NCBI GenBank assembly: GCA_947629005.1
Contig: CANRCD010000001.1
Location: forward strand, 159,550 to 223,549
Reading direction: 5' to 3'
DNA: 64,000 nt
Source: an uncultured Clostridia bacterium
GTDB lineage: Bacteria; Bacillota; Clostridia; UMGS1883
Shown here one piece after another: positions 1-11,184 of this stretch. The notes beneath the pieces are model-generated. The model was not told the DNA's origin, made no database searches, and saw only the letters and a program-made list of their open reading frames with translations. Within the stretch, counting starts at the first letter, position 1, and the number at the start of each line of letters is the position of its first letter. The translations under genes and the position numbers were made by a program.

Positions 1-1196
1 TAGGTGGGTGCAATGCGGATGTTGCTGTCGCGCGGGTCCTTGCCGTAGGGGTAGGTCGCGCCCGCGCCGGTCATCTTTACGCCGGCCTCCGCGGCCAGCC
101 TCACGATTTTCTTTGCGCAGCCGTCCATGGAGTCAAAGCTGACGAAATAACCGCCCTTCGGATTGTACCAGCTTCCTATGCCGAGGCCGCCGAGGCCGCT
201 CTCAAGAGTGTCGAGCACAATTTTGAACTTGGGGCGGATGAGCTCGGCGTGCTTCATCATGTGGGCGCGGATACCGTCAAGGTTCTTAAAGAACCGCACA
301 TGGCGGAGCTGATTCAGCTTATCGTGGCCGATGGTCTGCACGGAAAGCAGGGCGGCAATTTCCTTTATGTTTGCCTTAGAGGCGGCAATTGCGGCTATAC
401 CGCTGCCGGGAAAGCTGATTTTTGAGGTGGAGCTGAACTTGTATACCATATCGGGATTACCGGCCTTTTTGCAGGCGTCAAGTATCTCCACAAGCACGTC
501 CTGGTCGTCCTCGTAAAGGTGGTGTACGCAGTAGGCGTTGTCCCAGTAAATTCGGAAATCGGGCGCTGCAGGCTTGAGGGCGGCGAAGCGGAGCACGGTT
601 TCGTCGCTGTAGGTTATGCCCTGCGGGTTCGAATACTTGGGCACGCACCATATACCCTTCACAGCGGGATCGCTGTTGACGTATTTTTCCACCATGTCCA
701 TGTCGGGGCCGGAAGCGGTCATGGGAATATTTATCATTTCTATGCCAAAAGCTTCGGTTATGGCGAAGTGACGGTCATAGCCGGGAACCGGACAGAGAAA
801 CTTCACTTTATCGAGCCTGCACCACGGAGTGTTGCCCATAACGCCGTGAATATAGCTGCGGGCCACGGTGTCGAACATTACGTTAAGACTGGAATTTCCG
901 TAAATGATTATCTCGTCCGGCTCGACCTCCATCATCTCTGCAAGCAGGCGTTTGGCCTCGCCAATGCCGGTCAGCTCACCGTAGTTGCGGCAGTCGATTC
1001 CTTCCTCGCTCTTAAGGCTGGAGCTGCTGTCAAGCACGCTCATCATGTCCATAGAAAGGTCAAGCTGATCAAGTCCTGGCTTACCGCGGGACATATCAAG
1101 CTTAAGGCCCTTTGCCTTGAGCGCTTCATATTCGCTTATAAGCCGGCTGTGCGAGGCTTCCAGCTCGGTACGGCTCATTTCCGTGTATGCTTTCAT
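1..1196 (-). CDS. PLP-dependent aminotransferase (fold type I, class I/II-like), 3' end truncated by window edge
   Basis: Minus-strand ORF not in the supplied track because it runs off the window start. Own translation from the ATG at 1196: MKAYTEMSRTELEAS...KFSSTSKISFPGSG (PLP-lysine SxSK-type motif)...NPQGITYSDETV. The + ORF 519..1259 is its antisense shadow. Confidence 0.6.
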   Translation of the reverse strand, partial: MKAYTEMSRTELEASHSRLISEYEALKAKGLKLDMSRGKPGLDQLDLSMDMMSVLDSSSSLKSEEGIDCRNYGELTGIGEAKRLLAEMMEVEPDEIIIYGNSSLNVMFDTVARSYIHGVMGNTPWCRLDKVKFLCPVPGYDRHFAITEAFGIEMINIPMTASGPDMDMVEKYVNSDPAVKGIWCVPKYSNPQGITYSDETVLRFAALKPAAPDFRIYWDNAYCVHHLYEDDQDVLVEILDACKKAGNPDMVYKFSSTSKISFPGSGIAAIAASKANIKEIAALLSVQTIGHDKLNQLRHVRFFKNLDGIRAHMMKHAELIRPKFKIVLDTLESGLGGLGIGSWYNPKGGYFVSFDSMDGCAKKIVRLAAEAGVKMTGAGATYPYGKDPRDSNIRIAPT

Positions 1197-1287
1197 ATAC
1201 AGTCCTCCCGATGTCATTATTTATTAATGATACACCATTCGATGGAAAAAAGTCAATGACCTTTTTTGCCAAAATCCGAGCTCACTC

Positions 1288-2673
1288 TTACTTGTTTTTC
1301 AGCAGATTTTCGCCGATTTTGTATACGTCGCCCGCGCCCATGGTGATGATGAGTGTTCCCGCAGAGGCGACGCCGCGCAGGTAATCCTCAATTTCGGCAA
1401 AGGAGGGAAGGTATATGGCTCCCGTAATGTCTGCCGCGAGCTGTTTGGAGCTGACAGAGCCGTCGTCGGTCTCGCGCGCGGCGTAAATGTCGGCAAGTAT
1501 GACGTTAAGCCCCTTTTTGGAGAGTACGCGCACAAAATCCGAATAGAGAGCTTTTGTCCGGCTGTAGGTGTGAGGCTGAAAAACCACGTATACCTTTTTG
1601 AAGTTCATCTCCGAGGCGGCGGTCAGCGTGGCGTCAATTTCGGTGGGGTGATGGGCGTAGTCGTCAACTATGACGGCGCCGTTCAGCTCGCCCTTTTTCT
1701 CAAAGCGGCGGTGGGTTCCGGCGTATCGGGCGAGCGCGCCGATAGCTCCCTGACCATTAACGCAGCATTCCTCGGACGCGGCTAAGGAGGCGAGGGAGTT
1801 ATAAACATTGTAAATCCCGGGTACAATTAGGGATACTCGGCCTTTTTCCTCTCCGCGCACAACAAGAGTATAGGAGTATCGGTCGTCCCCGTCGTGGCAA
1901 ACGTCCTTAGCCGAGAAATCAGCCGCGCTGTGGAGCCCAAACGAAACAAGGCGACAGTCCGCGCCTGCGACGGCCTTTTTTACGTTCTCCGAATCAGCGT
2001 TGTAAATGACCACACCGTCCGCGGGCGTGAGCCGCACAAGTGCGGCAAAGGTTTCGATTATGTGGCCAATGTCGCGGAAATAGTCCAAGTGGTCGGCCTC
2101 GATGTTAAGAACTACCGTGATTTTAGGGAAAAAGCTGAGAAAGCTCGAGTGGTATTCGCAGGCTTCGGCCACAAAATATTTTTTGCCGCCAACGCGCAGA
2201 TTGCCCCCTATCCTGTCGAGGCTGCCGCCAACGGTCACGGTGGGGTCGAGGCCGCAGTCGAGCATGATTTCGGATATCATGCCGGTGGTGGTGGTTTTGC
2301 CGTGGGTGCCGCTGACGCAGACGGGAATCTCGTACCCCTTCATCAGCCGCCCAAGCATTTCGGCCCGTTCTATCTGCGGAATTCCAAGCTCTTTTGCGCG
2401 GGTGCGCTCGGGATTATCCTCATGAATGGCGGCGGAATAGACAACAAGGTCGCTTCCTTCCACATTTGCGGCGTTGTGGCCTATGCGTATGTCCGCGCCG
2501 AGAGAGGCCACGTGCTCCGTGAGCTCCGAGGCCTGCCTGTCGGACCCGCTGACGGCGTATCCCTCGCGCAGCAAAAGCTCGGCAATGCCGCTCATGCTGA
2601 CTCCGCCGACGCCGATAAGATGAATTTTTCGCGCATTTCCAGCTATATTAATGTTCAATCGTATCATCTCCAC
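1288..2673 (-). CDS. murC: UDP-N-acetylmuramate--L-alanine ligase
   Basis: 461 aa. GVGGVSMSGIAELL N-terminus, GTHGKTTTT P-loop, Mur ligase central and C-terminal motifs. Confidence 0.9.
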   Translation of the reverse strand: MEMIRLNINIAGNARKIHLIGVGGVSMSGIAELLLREGYAVSGSDRQASELTEHVASLGADIRIGHNAANVEGSDLVVYSAAIHEDNPERTRAKELGIPQIERAEMLGRLMKGYEIPVCVSGTHGKTTTTGMISEIMLDCGLDPTVTVGGSLDRIGGNLRVGGKKYFVAEACEYHSSFLSFFPKITVVLNIEADHLDYFRDIGHIIETFAALVRLTPADGVVIYNADSENVKKAVAGADCRLVSFGLHSAADFSAKDVCHDGDDRYSYTLVVRGEEKGRVSLIVPGIYNVYNSLASLAASEECCVNGQGAIGALARYAGTHRRFEKKGELNGAVIVDDYAHHPTEIDATLTAASEMNFKKVYVVFQPHTYSRTKALYSDFVRVLSKKGLNVILADIYAARETDDGSVSSKQLAADITGAIYLPSFAEIEDYLRGVASAGTLIITMGAGDVYKIGENLLKNK

Positions 2674-2712
2674 ATTAATGTAAATTTTTTTTGAAAATTT
2701 TCAAAATATGTG

Positions 2713-2741
2713 TTGAAAAATTCCGGACAATTTGATATTAT
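2713..2741 (+). promoter_or_regulatory. sigma-A-like promoter for spoVG (TTGAAA-17-TATTAT)
   Basis: Hexamers read directly from the sequence with 17-nt spacing, about 70 nt upstream of the spoVG start. Confidence 0.5.
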
Positions 2742-2810
2742 AAAAAAAGGGTAGAAATGTCAAGTAGGAAAACAAAAAAACTGAAAAAATTTAACCGGGA
2801 GGAAACAACG

Positions 2811-3095
2811 ATGCGTATTACCGACATCCGTATCAGGAAGGTAAGCGTGGATGGCAAGATGAAAGCAGTTGTTTCTGTCACGTTCGACGACGAACTGGTT
2901 GTACACGACATCAAGATCATTGAAGGTCGCGACAAGCTATTTATAGCAATGCCCAGTAGAAGGACAGCAGAGGGTGAGTTCAAGGACATAGCTCATCCTA
3001 TAACAGGTACTATGCGTGAAACACTGCAAAACGCTATTCTCGCGAAGTACGAAGAGTTCTTATCGCAAGACGCGGCAACAGGTGCGCGGGACTGA
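2811..3095 (+). CDS. spoVG: Septation protein SpoVG
   Basis: MRITDIRIRKV...VVHDIKIIEG...FIAMPSRR is the hallmark SpoVG sequence. Start chosen at the ATG preceded by GGGAGG, internal to the track ORF 2757..3095. Confidence 0.9.
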   Translation: MRITDIRIRKVSVDGKMKAVVSVTFDDELVVHDIKIIEGRDKLFIAMPSRRTAEGEFKDIAHPITGTMRETLQNAILAKYEEFLSQDAATGARD

Positions 3096-3182
3096 CCTTC
3101 CCCCGTGGGACGGTCGGTCTTGCCCGTCTCTTCGGGCTACAAACTTAATCTTAGACGAGGCTTGAAAGGAAGGCTGTTTGTT

Positions 3183-4547
3183 ATGGACGAGTTTTCGCTT
3201 GTTGTCCTGGCTGCGGGGCAAGGAAAACGAATGAGGTCAGAAAACAGTAAGGTAGTCCACAAGGTTTGTGGAAAGGAAATGATCAATTGGGTGCTTGACG
3301 CAGGACTCGGCGCCGGCTGCAAAAAAGCCGCCGTCGTTGTCGGGCACAGGAAGGATCAGGTTATAGCGGCCGTCGGCGACAGGGCCGAGGCCGTCGAACA
3401 AAAGGAACAGCTGGGAACGGGCCATGCGGTAATGCAGGCTCGGGAACGGATTGCCGAAAGTGACAACGTGGTTATCGTTGCCGGCGACACTCCGCTCATC
3501 ACCGCCGACACCCTTAAGGCGGCAATGAGCGATCATATAGCCTCGGGCAACGCAGCAACAGTGTTGACAACAGTTCTGCCATGCGCAGACGGATACGGCC
3601 GGATTATCCGCAGCCGGAACGGCAGCGTGGAAAGAATCGTCGAGCATAAAGACGCAGACGAGGAAGAACTGAAGATAAAAGAGATAAACAGCGGAATCTA
3701 TTGTTTTCACAGCGCTGAGCTTTTAACTGCGCTTTCCCACTTGACAGCCAATAACTCTCAGGGAGAGTATTACCTGACTGACACTCTTGAGCTTATAAAG
3801 AATGCCGGCGGGAAGATAGGGGCTTATACCGTTAAGGACAGCCGTGAGGTTCTCGGCGTGAACGACAGAGTTCAGCTTGCGCAGGCGGACGGCGTCATGC
3901 GCGGGCGTATCAACGAACGCCACATGCTAAACGGCGTTACGATAATTGACCCCAACACTACCTACATAGGCGGCGACACTGTTATCGGGGCCGAAACCGT
4001 AATCTACCCCGGGTCGGTTCTGGAGGGCAAAACGGTCGTGGGCAAAAAAGCGCTCATCGGCCAGTGCTGCCGCCTTGTCGACGCCGTCATCGGCGACGGC
4101 GTCGACATTTGGAGTTCAACTATAATTGAAAGTAGCGTGGACGAGGGTACTCATGTGGGTCCCTACGCCTACATAAGACCGCAGACCAGCGTGGGTAAAA
4201 ACTGCAAGGTCGGCGATTTTGTAGAGCTTAAAAAAGCGGTCATCGGCGACGGAACAAAGCTGAGCCATCTCACGTACGTTGGGGACGCGACCGTCGGTAA
4301 AAACGTCAATTTCGGCTGCGGCACGGTTGTGGTGAATTACGACGGAAAGAACAAGTACAAAACTACCATAGGCGATAACGCCTTTATCGGTTGCAACACA
4401 AATCTGGTATCTCCCGTGACAGTAAACGACGGGGCATATATAGCCGCCGGCAGCACCATCACCGACGAGGTTCCCTCCGGCGCGTTGGCTATCGCCAGAG
4501 CGCGGCAGGTGAACAAGGAGGATTGGAGCGACAAGCGCAAGAAGTAA
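3183..4547 (+). CDS. glmU: Bifunctional UDP-GlcNAc pyrophosphorylase / GlcN-1-P acetyltransferase
   Basis: LAAGQGKRM nucleotidyltransferase motif at the N-terminus and left-handed beta-helix hexapeptide repeats at the C-terminus. Conserved spoVG-glmU-prs order. Start at the internal ATG with a GGAAGG RBS. Confidence 0.9.
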   Translation: MDEFSLVVLAAGQGKRMRSENSKVVHKVCGKEMINWVLDAGLGAGCKKAAVVVGHRKDQVIAAVGDRAEAVEQKEQLGTGHAVMQARERIAESDNVVIVAGDTPLITADTLKAAMSDHIASGNAATVLTTVLPCADGYGRIIRSRNGSVERIVEHKDADEEELKIKEINSGIYCFHSAELLTALSHLTANNSQGEYYLTDTLELIKNAGGKIGAYTVKDSREVLGVNDRVQLAQADGVMRGRINERHMLNGVTIIDPNTTYIGGDTVIGAETVIYPGSVLEGKTVVGKKALIGQCCRLVDAVIGDGVDIWSSTIIESSVDEGTHVGPYAYIRPQTSVGKNCKVGDFVELKKAVIGDGTKLSHLTYVGDATVGKNVNFGCGTVVVNYDGKNKYKTTIGDNAFIGCNTNLVSPVTVNDGAYIAAGSTITDEVPSGALAIARARQVNKEDWSDKRKK

Positions 4548-4577
4548 AAGGCGGCAACTAACGAGAGGAGATAAAGA

Positions 4578-5534
4578 ATGATTTCACACGGAAAAAACAT
4601 CAAGATTTTCACGGCTAACTCCAACCCAAAGCTGGCTAAGGCCATAGCCGATCAGCTTGAAAAACCTATATGCAATTCCACTGTGGGTAAATTCTCGGAC
4701 GGAGAAGTCTTTGTGAACATTGACGAAACCGTCCGCGGCAGCGATGTTTTCATCGTTCAGTCCACCAACAATCCCGTGAACGACAACCTAATGGAGCTGC
4801 TTATCATGATCGACGCCTTCAAGCGCGCAAGCGCAGGGCGCGTCACCGCCGTGATCCCGTATTTCGGCTATGCCCGTCAGGACAGAAAGGCCAAGGCCCG
4901 CGATCCGATCAGCGCTAAGCTGGTGGCGGATATAATCACAAAAGCCGGCGCCAACCGTGTTCTCACTATGGATCTCCACTGCGCCCAGATACAGGGCTTC
5001 TTCGATATCCCTGTTGATCATCTCCTCGGCGTTCCTATCCTTGCGCCGTATTACGCCGAAAAGTTTAAGGACGGAATGGACGACGTGGTTGTCGTTTCGC
5101 CCGACTTCGGCAGCGTTACGAGAGCCCGAAATGTGGCCCGCAGGCTTGATGTTCCCATCGCTATCATTGATAAGCGCCGTCCCAAGCCGAACGTGAGCGA
5201 GGTCATGAACATAATAGGCGACATAAAGGATAAGCGCGTCATTCTTGTGGACGACATGATAGATACCGCCGGCACGATAACACACGGCGCGGCGGCCCTT
5301 ATAGAGCGCGGAGCCAAGGAGGTTTACGCCTGCTGCACTCATCCGGTGCTGAGCGGTCCGGCCATCGAGCGGCTTGAGCAGAGTCCAATTAAGGAGCTTG
5401 TGGTGCTTGACACCATCGCCATTCCCGAGGACAAAATGCTTGACAAGATAAAAACGCTCAGCGTCGCGCCCGTATTCGCGGAGGCCATCAGGCGGATATA
5501 CGAAGAAGTTTCAATCAGCACGCTGTTCATGTAA
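4578..5534 (+). CDS. prs: Ribose-phosphate pyrophosphokinase
   Basis: 318 aa. [12 protein letters not shown] start and a [14 protein letters not shown]-binding motif. Confidence 0.9.
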   Translation: MISHGKNIKIFTANSNPKLAKAIADQLEKPICNSTVGKFSDGEVFVNIDETVRGSDVFIVQSTNNPVNDNLMELLIMIDAFKRASAGRVTAVIPYFGYARQDRKAKARDPISAKLVADIITKAGANRVLTMDLHCAQIQGFFDIPVDHLLGVPILAPYYAEKFKDGMDDVVVVSPDFGSVTRARNVARRLDVPIAIIDKRRPKPNVSEVMNIIGDIKDKRVILVDDMIDTAGTITHGAAALIERGAKEVYACCTHPVLSGPAIERLEQSPIKELVVLDTIAIPEDKMLDKIKTLSVAPVFAEAIRRIYEEVSISTLFM

Positions 5535-5546
5535 AAACACTTTTGA

Positions 5547-5575
5547 TTTTAGGCGGATATTTTATCCGCCTAAAA
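5547..5575. terminator. Perfect 12-13 bp inverted repeat TTTTAGGCGGAT(A)-loop-ATCCGCCTAAAA flanked by T/A runs (bidirectional intrinsic terminator)
   Basis: Read directly from the sequence, immediately after the prs stop. Confidence 0.6.
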
Positions 5576-5609
5576 CTTGTATATACTATTTTCCCGTACG
5601 GAGGTTTAT

Positions 5610-6167
5610 ATGTATCTTATAGTAGGTCTGGGTAATCCCGGCAGGGAGTACGAGCAGACTCGCCACAACGTGGGCTTTGTGGCGGCCGATTATCTGGCCC
5701 AATGCTATAATATTCCGCTCACGCGGCTTAAGTTCAAGGGGGCTGTTGGAGAGGGGCGCATTGCCGGCGAGCGGTGCGTCATTCTTAAGCCGCACACCTA
5801 CATGAATCTGAGCGGCGAGAGCGTTCGGGACTGCGCGGCCTTCTACAAGCTGCCGCCCGAAAATATAATTGTAATGTATGACGACGTCGCGCTGAACGTC
5901 GGCGCCGTCCGTATCCGTCCGAGCGGGAGCGACGGCGGCCATAACGGCATGAAAAGCATAATTTATCAGCTTAATTCCGACCGGTTTCCCCGCGTGCGCT
6001 TCGGCGTCGGTGCGGCGGAGCACAGCATGGTAGACCATGTGCTCGGCAAATTTTCATACGAGGACGGTGTGGCCGTGACTGCGGCCGTAAAACAGATTGA
6101 GGACATCATTCCGGAGATAATAAAAAATGGCGTTCAATCCGCCATGAATAAATTCAATAAGAGGTGA
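5610..6167 (+). CDS. pth: Peptidyl-tRNA hydrolase
   Basis: MYLIVGLGNPG...HNVGF Pth signature. Start at the ATG with a GGAGG RBS; the track's upstream TTG is less likely. Confidence 0.9.
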   Translation: MYLIVGLGNPGREYEQTRHNVGFVAADYLAQCYNIPLTRLKFKGAVGEGRIAGERCVILKPHTYMNLSGESVRDCAAFYKLPPENIIVMYDDVALNVGAVRIRPSGSDGGHNGMKSIIYQLNSDRFPRVRFGVGAAEHSMVDHVLGKFSYEDGVAVTAAVKQIEDIIPEIIKNGVQSAMNKFNKR

Positions 6168-6171
6168 GAAA

Positions 6172-6429
6172 ATGGAAAAGATAGAATTTAAGTTTGACAC
6201 CCAGCTCCTTATTGAGGGCGAAGGCCTTGACGAGGACAAAATCAACGAGTACATCAGGGCAAACATTGAGGGCGACAGCCTGTTGGCCGTCGGCGACGAT
6301 GAGCTTATCAAAATTCATTACCACACCAACACTCCGTGGAGAGTGCTGGAGTACTGCGCCTCTTTGGGCGAGATATACGACGTTGTTGTTGAAAATATGC
6401 AGCGGCAGGCGGAGGGGCTTCAGGGCTGA
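6172..6429 (+). CDS. Small protein homologous to the segment that ends the Dak2 region of FakA/YloV (GDSLL-V-D--L-K-H-H----VL-Y----GE------ENM-Q)
   Basis: 85 aa. AGAGGTGAG RBS and a start 5 nt after the pth stop. The similarity to the YloV segment [47 protein letters not shown] is from memory only. Confidence 0.5.
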   Translation: MEKIEFKFDTQLLIEGEGLDEDKINEYIRANIEGDSLLAVGDDELIKIHYHTNTPWRVLEYCASLGEIYDVVVENMQRQAEGLQG

Positions 6430-6467
6430 GCCGCCGGACGATTTTGCGGTAAAATTCAGGGTAGTAT

Positions 6468-9400
6468 ATGAATATAAAAAATCTTTTGTCCGCTTCGGCG
6501 GAATATCGTAAAATTGAGGCGGCCTTGGGCAAGGGCCGCCCTATTGCCGTGTGCGGCAGCGCCGACGCACAAAAGGCCCACTTAATCAGCTCGCTTATAG
6601 GAGGGGGCAGGGCGCTCGTCGTTACCGCAAACGAACAGACGGCTAAACGAATCTGTGACGACCTCGGCTTCTTCATGCCGTCGAGGGCGGTGTACGTCCC
6701 GCCGAAGCCTTTCCTGCTCCACAAGGTGGAGGCCGCCGACCATGGCCTTGAAAACGAGCGCGCCTCGGCTATAAAGGCCATAGACGCCGGTCTTACGGGT
6801 GTGCTCTCGGTGCAGAGCCTGATGCAGTTCGTGCCGGAGGCCTCGGACTACCGCTCGCTGACAACAGTACTACATGCGGGGGATACTCTTGACGTGGAGA
6901 GCTTCACCCGCCTGCTTGCCTCCACGGGTTATTCGCGCATAGACACCGTTGCCGGCAAGGGGCAGTTTGCCGTTCGCGGAGGAATTATAGACGTGTTTTC
7001 ACCGAGCATGACTCTACCCGTCAGAATGGAGCTTTTTGGTGACGAAATCGACCTGCTGCGAACCTTCGACGTGATGACGCAGCTGTCAATAGACCATGCC
7101 GAATCTGCGGAGATAGCGCCGATTTCGGCCCCTTCGGAAACCGGCAGCCTGCTTGGGTACCTTGCGGAAGGCGATCTTGTGTTCGTCGATGAGCCTCAGC
7201 GCGTCAGCGAGGCCGCCAAGGTGGCTGAATTTGAGCTGGGAGAGGACATCGAAGCCCTTCGCCTCGGCGGCGAGGAGCTGCCCGACATTAAATATATGAA
7301 CGATTACAACGCGCTCGTAAAGCTGCTCAACAAACGTTCCACGGTCTGTCTTTCGGCCCTCAGCCGAAAAACCGCGGAGATACGTGCGGACGGAACATAC
7401 GACATCACGTGTCACAGTCTCGGCAACTACGGCGGAAACGTGGAGTTCCTCATGGACGACGTGGAGCGATGGCACAGGGAGCGGGGGAGGGTGATAATCC
7501 TCGGCGGAAGTACCGGCAGGGCGCAAAGGCTTACACAGGCTTTGGCGGACAGAGGACTCCCCGTTACAATGACGGAGCCTTCGGCCGAGCTTCCCGAGGG
7601 CGCGGTGGCCGTCATGCACGGCAGCATTACAAAGGGCTTTGAATATCCGCTCATCAACGCCGTTATTATCAGCGACAGGGAAATTTTCGCCGAGGAAAAA
7701 AAGCGCCGCTCCTACCGGCGCGGCGAAAACGAACAGCGGATAAAGAATATAGATAAACTCGAGATAGGCGACTATGTGGTGCATAAAATCCACGGCATAG
7801 GACGCTATCAGGGCATAGTCCGCATGACGGTGAACAAGGTTGTGCGCGACTACATCAAGCTGGAGTACCGCGGCGAGGACAATCTTTTCATTCCCGTCGG
7901 GCAGCTTGACAACATCAGCAAATACGTCGGAGGCGGCGAGGACAGGACCGTCCGCCTTAATCGGCTTGGCAGCAGCGAATGGGCGGCGGCCAAGCGTAAG
8001 GTTAAGCAGTCCGTCCGCGATCTTGCCGACGGCCTTGTAAAGCTTTACGCCGAGCGGGAGAAAACTCCCGGCTACGCCTTTTCGCCGGATACACCGTGGC
8101 AGCGCCAGTTTGAATCGGAATTTATATATGAGGAGACCGAGGATCAGCTTCGCAGCGCAGAGGAAGTCAAGCGGGATATGGAGGGCCGCCGCCCTATGGA
8201 CCGCCTGCTCTGCGGCGACGTAGGCTTCGGAAAGACCGAGGTGGCTATGCGTGGAGCCTTTAAGGCCGTTATGGACAGCAAGCAGGTGGCCTATCTCGTG
8301 CCTACAACGATTCTTGCCAGCCAGCACTATAATAACTTCGTCCAGCGCATGAGCGGCTACCCGATAACCGTGCGTATGCTCAGCCGCTTCTGCAAGCCAA
8401 AGGAAACTAAGGAAACGCTGCGTATGCTTGAGACCGGCGAGTGCGATATAGTAGTCGGCACGCATAAGCTGCTCCAGAAAAACGTCAAATTCAAGGATTT
8501 GGGCCTGCTCATTGTGGACGAGGAGCAGCGCTTCGGCGTGGCTCACAAGGAAAAAATCAAGGAGCTGAAAAAGAACGTCGATGTTCTGACGCTGAGCGCA
8601 ACGCCTATACCGAGGACTCTGCACATGGCCATGGTCGGAATAAGGGATATGTCGGTGCTTTCGACGCCTCCCGGCGACCGATACCCCGTCCAGACCTACG
8701 TGATGGAGTACAATCAGGCTGTAGTGAAGAACGCCGTCACGCGTGAGCTCGCCCGCGGAGGTCAAGTATATTATCTTTGCAATCGCATAGCCGCGCTGGA
8801 CAGCATAGCCCGCCGAGTAGCCGAAATGGTTCCCGAGGCCCGCGTCGCAGTGGCCCACGGCCGCATGAATGAAAGCGAGCTTGAGGAGACTATGATGCGC
8901 GTCATGGACGGCGATATTGACGTGCTGATATGCACCACGATTATTGAAACCGGCCTCGATATACCGAACGTGAATACCATTATAATCGAAAACGCCGACT
9001 GCATGGGACTCAGCCAACTTTACCAGCTCCGAGGCCGCGTCGGCAGGACGAACCGTCTCGCTTACGCCTACTTGACATACCGCCGCGACAAAAGCCTTGA
9101 CGAGGTTGCCGAAAAGCGTTTGCGCGCCATACGTGAGTTTACCGAGTTCGGCAGCGGATTCAAAATCGCCATGCGCGACCTTGAGATACGGGGCGCGGGC
9201 AATGTGCTCGGCCCAGAGCAGCACGGCTTTATGGCCGCCGTGGGCTACGATATGTACTGTACGCTGCTCGAGGAGGCCGTGAATGAGGCCCTTGGCCGTC
9301 CGGCGGCTCCAAAAAAGGAAGAGACCGTCGTTGATATAGAGGTCAGCGCTTATATTCCCGAGGACTATATCCCCACCTCGGAGCTTCGTATCGAGGCATA

Positions 9401-9770
9401 TAAACGAATCGCCGCAATCGGCTGCAAGTATGACCGCGACCGCGCCGAGGAGGAGTTTGAGGACCGGTACGGAGATATTCCTATACCGGTCAGCCGCCTC
9501 ATGGACGTGGCTGAGCTCCGCGCCCTCGCTGAGGAAACCGGCATAACCGAGATAAGCCACGGCGAAAGCGGACTTATGTTCAGGCTTTCAGCCCAGAATC
9601 CGCCGCCAATCGAAAGCATAGCGGCGCTGGCCTCGGCAAACAAGGGCAAAATCCTCTACGGAGCGGGCGAAAAGCCCTATATTCTGCTGCGCGGAAAGCC
9701 CTTGGGCGAAGAGGAAATAATTAAAAATATTAACAATGTGTTAAAAAGCTTGCAAAAAACGGACAGTTAG
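6468..9770 (+). CDS. mfd: Transcription-repair coupling factor
   Basis: 1100 aa. UvrB-homology N-terminal region, [11 protein letters not shown] helicase motif I, DEEQRFGV motif II and a TRCF C-terminal domain. Conserved pth-mfd order. Confidence 0.95.
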   Translation: MNIKNLLSASAEYRKIEAALGKGRPIAVCGSADAQKAHLISSLIGGGRALVVTANEQTAKRICDDLGFFMPSRAVYVPPKPFLLHKVEAADHGLENERASAIKAIDAGLTGVLSVQSLMQFVPEASDYRSLTTVLHAGDTLDVESFTRLLASTGYSRIDTVAGKGQFAVRGGIIDVFSPSMTLPVRMELFGDEIDLLRTFDVMTQLSIDHAESAEIAPISAPSETGSLLGYLAEGDLVFVDEPQRVSEAAKVAEFELGEDIEALRLGGEELPDIKYMNDYNALVKLLNKRSTVCLSALSRKTAEIRADGTYDITCHSLGNYGGNVEFLMDDVERWHRERGRVIILGGSTGRAQRLTQALADRGLPVTMTEPSAELPEGAVAVMHGSITKGFEYPLINAVIISDREIFAEEKKRRSYRRGENEQRIKNIDKLEIGDYVVHKIHGIGRYQGIVRMTVNKVVRDYIKLEYRGEDNLFIPVGQLDNISKYVGGGEDRTVRLNRLGSSEWAAAKRKVKQSVRDLADGLVKLYAEREKTPGYAFSPDTPWQRQFESEFIYEETEDQLRSAEEVKRDMEGRRPMDRLLCGDVGFGKTEVAMRGAFKAVMDSKQVAYLVPTTILASQHYNNFVQRMSGYPITVRMLSRFCKPKETKETLRMLETGECDIVVGTHKLLQKNVKFKDLGLLIVDEEQRFGVAHKEKIKELKKNVDVLTLSATPIPRTLHMAMVGIRDMSVLSTPPGDRYPVQTYVMEYNQAVVKNAVTRELARGGQVYYLCNRIAALDSIARRVAEMVPEARVAVAHGRMNESELEETMMRVMDGDIDVLICTTIIETGLDIPNVNTIIIENADCMGLSQLYQLRGRVGRTNRLAYAYLTYRRDKSLDEVAEKRLRAIREFTEFGSGFKIAMRDLEIRGAGNVLGPEQHGFMAAVGYDMYCTLLEEAVNEALGRPAAPKKEETVVDIEVSAYIPEDYIPTSELRIEAYKRIAAIGCKYDRDRAEEEFEDRYGDIPIPVSRLMDVAELRALAEETGITEISHGESGLMFRLSAQNPPPIESIAALASANKGKILYGAGEKPYILLRGKPLGEEEIIKNINNVLKSLQKTDS

Positions 9771-9778
9771 TGTATAAT
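9750..9778 (+). promoter_or_regulatory. sigma-A-like promoter (TTGCAA-17-TATAAT) embedded in the mfd 3' end, serving the prsA-like gene
   Basis: Hexamers and 17-nt spacer read from the sequence. Confidence 0.5.
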
Positions 9779-9813
9779 TAACTTTGTGTTAATAAAATTA
9801 AGGAGGAAAACCA

Positions 9814-11004
9814 ATGAACAGAAAAATTATGTCCGCAGCGGCGCTTGTCGTTTCGGGCGTCATGGCTTTAAGCGGCTGCAATAAGGCGGGCGGCGGCTCG
9901 TCCTCGAGCTACGGCGGCGAGGAGAACGATTACGACAGCACTGTTATCGCCACCGTTGGAGGCATTGACGTAAAGCTTTCCGACTTTAACTTTGCATATT
10001 ACACCACCGCCGGCTATTATTCCGCATACACAGGCGGCGGCGAAGGCTGGGAGGATCAGGAAATGGGCGGCCAGAAGCTTGGCGACTATGTGCGCGACAG
10101 CTCTCTTGACGAAATGAAACAGCTTGTCGTTGCCGAGGTAAAAGCTCCCGAGTACGGCCTGAAGGTGGACAATGACCGCATTAAAACCGTTGAGGATCAG
10201 AAAAATGAGGTTATCGAAAGCAATTTTGGCGGCGAGGACGGCTATAAGGAGTACCTCGACAGTTACTTCACCAGCGATGCCGCCGTGACGCGCTATCTCA
10301 TCCGCGCAAACCTCATAAATGACCTTCTTGCCAAGATGAGCGAGGAGGGCGGCGAATGTGAGGTGACCGATGACGAGCTCGAATATAACGACGACAAATA
10401 TCTTAAGGTAAAGCACGTTCTTATCCCGACCGGCACTGACAGCGACGGCAATGAGATTGACGAGGCCGAAGCGCTTAAGAAGGCCAATGAGGTTATAGAA
10501 AAGCTCAACGCCGGCGAGGATATGGACGTCCTCATCGAGCAATACGGCGAGGATCCCGGCATGGAAAATCAGGATTACTACGTGTTTACCGAGGGTGAGA
10601 TGGTTGACGAGTTCTATCAGGCCTCCAAGGATATGGAAATCGGTACTTGGAGCCAAGAGCCCGTTAAGTCAAGCTACGGCTATCACATAATACAGCGCTA
10701 CGCCCTCGACCCCAAAAATGACGATAAGGTCAAGGAACTCAGAACCAGTAAGGCTCAGGAAAAATTCATGACCATTCTCGAAGGATGGGTGGACGACGCC
10801 GACATTACCGTAGACGACAAGGCTATTACCTCCGCTCTGGACGCTCAGCGCGAACAGGCTGCGGCCAAGTCCGCCGAGAGCGGCGATAATGGCGACGAGG
10901 ACCTTTCCTCCGTTATACAGCAGCAGACGGAGGCCGGCGAGGAGATTGCTCCCACTGATTCTGCCTCGCTTGAGGCTGTGCCCGCAGAGGAGCCCGCTGA
11001 ATAA
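9814..11004 (+). CDS. prsA: PrsA-like foldase lipoprotein (PpiC-type peptidyl-prolyl isomerase)
   Basis: Lipoprotein signal ...ALSGC and a PpiC rotamase core (VKHVLIP...DVLIEQYGEDPG...YYVFTEGEMVDEF...SYGYHIIQ). Confidence 0.75.
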   Translation: MNRKIMSAAALVVSGVMALSGCNKAGGGSSSSYGGEENDYDSTVIATVGGIDVKLSDFNFAYYTTAGYYSAYTGGGEGWEDQEMGGQKLGDYVRDSSLDEMKQLVVAEVKAPEYGLKVDNDRIKTVEDQKNEVIESNFGGEDGYKEYLDSYFTSDAAVTRYLIRANLINDLLAKMSEEGGECEVTDDELEYNDDKYLKVKHVLIPTGTDSDGNEIDEAEALKKANEVIEKLNAGEDMDVLIEQYGEDPGMENQDYYVFTEGEMVDEFYQASKDMEIGTWSQEPVKSSYGYHIIQRYALDPKNDDKVKELRTSKAQEKFMTILEGWVDDADITVDDKAITSALDAQREQAAAKSAESGDNGDEDLSSVIQQQTEAGEEIAPTDSASLEAVPAEEPAE

Positions 11005-11184
11005 GGGACTGTAAAAAATACACGCAGACCGGCGTCGCCACAAGCTCGGTATCGCTTGTTTCGATTTAAGAAATCGAAACGCGGCTCACCTAACTGTGGC
11101 TCCTTATCCCAACGGCTTATGTATTGATTTAAGGCGACCATTGGCAATAAGCCGGTTTGTGAAGATAAGTTAGAAATTAATGCA

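Noticed and set aside
519-1259. 246-aa + strand ORF
   Set aside because: It lies antisense to a much better minus-strand aminotransferase ORF that runs to the window edge. This is a typical high-GC shadow ORF with no RBS or recognisable domain.
7086-9560. 824-aa minus-strand ORF
   Set aside because: It is fully embedded antisense in mfd, whose translation has unambiguous helicase/TRCF motifs. Long antisense ORFs are expected at ~60% GC.
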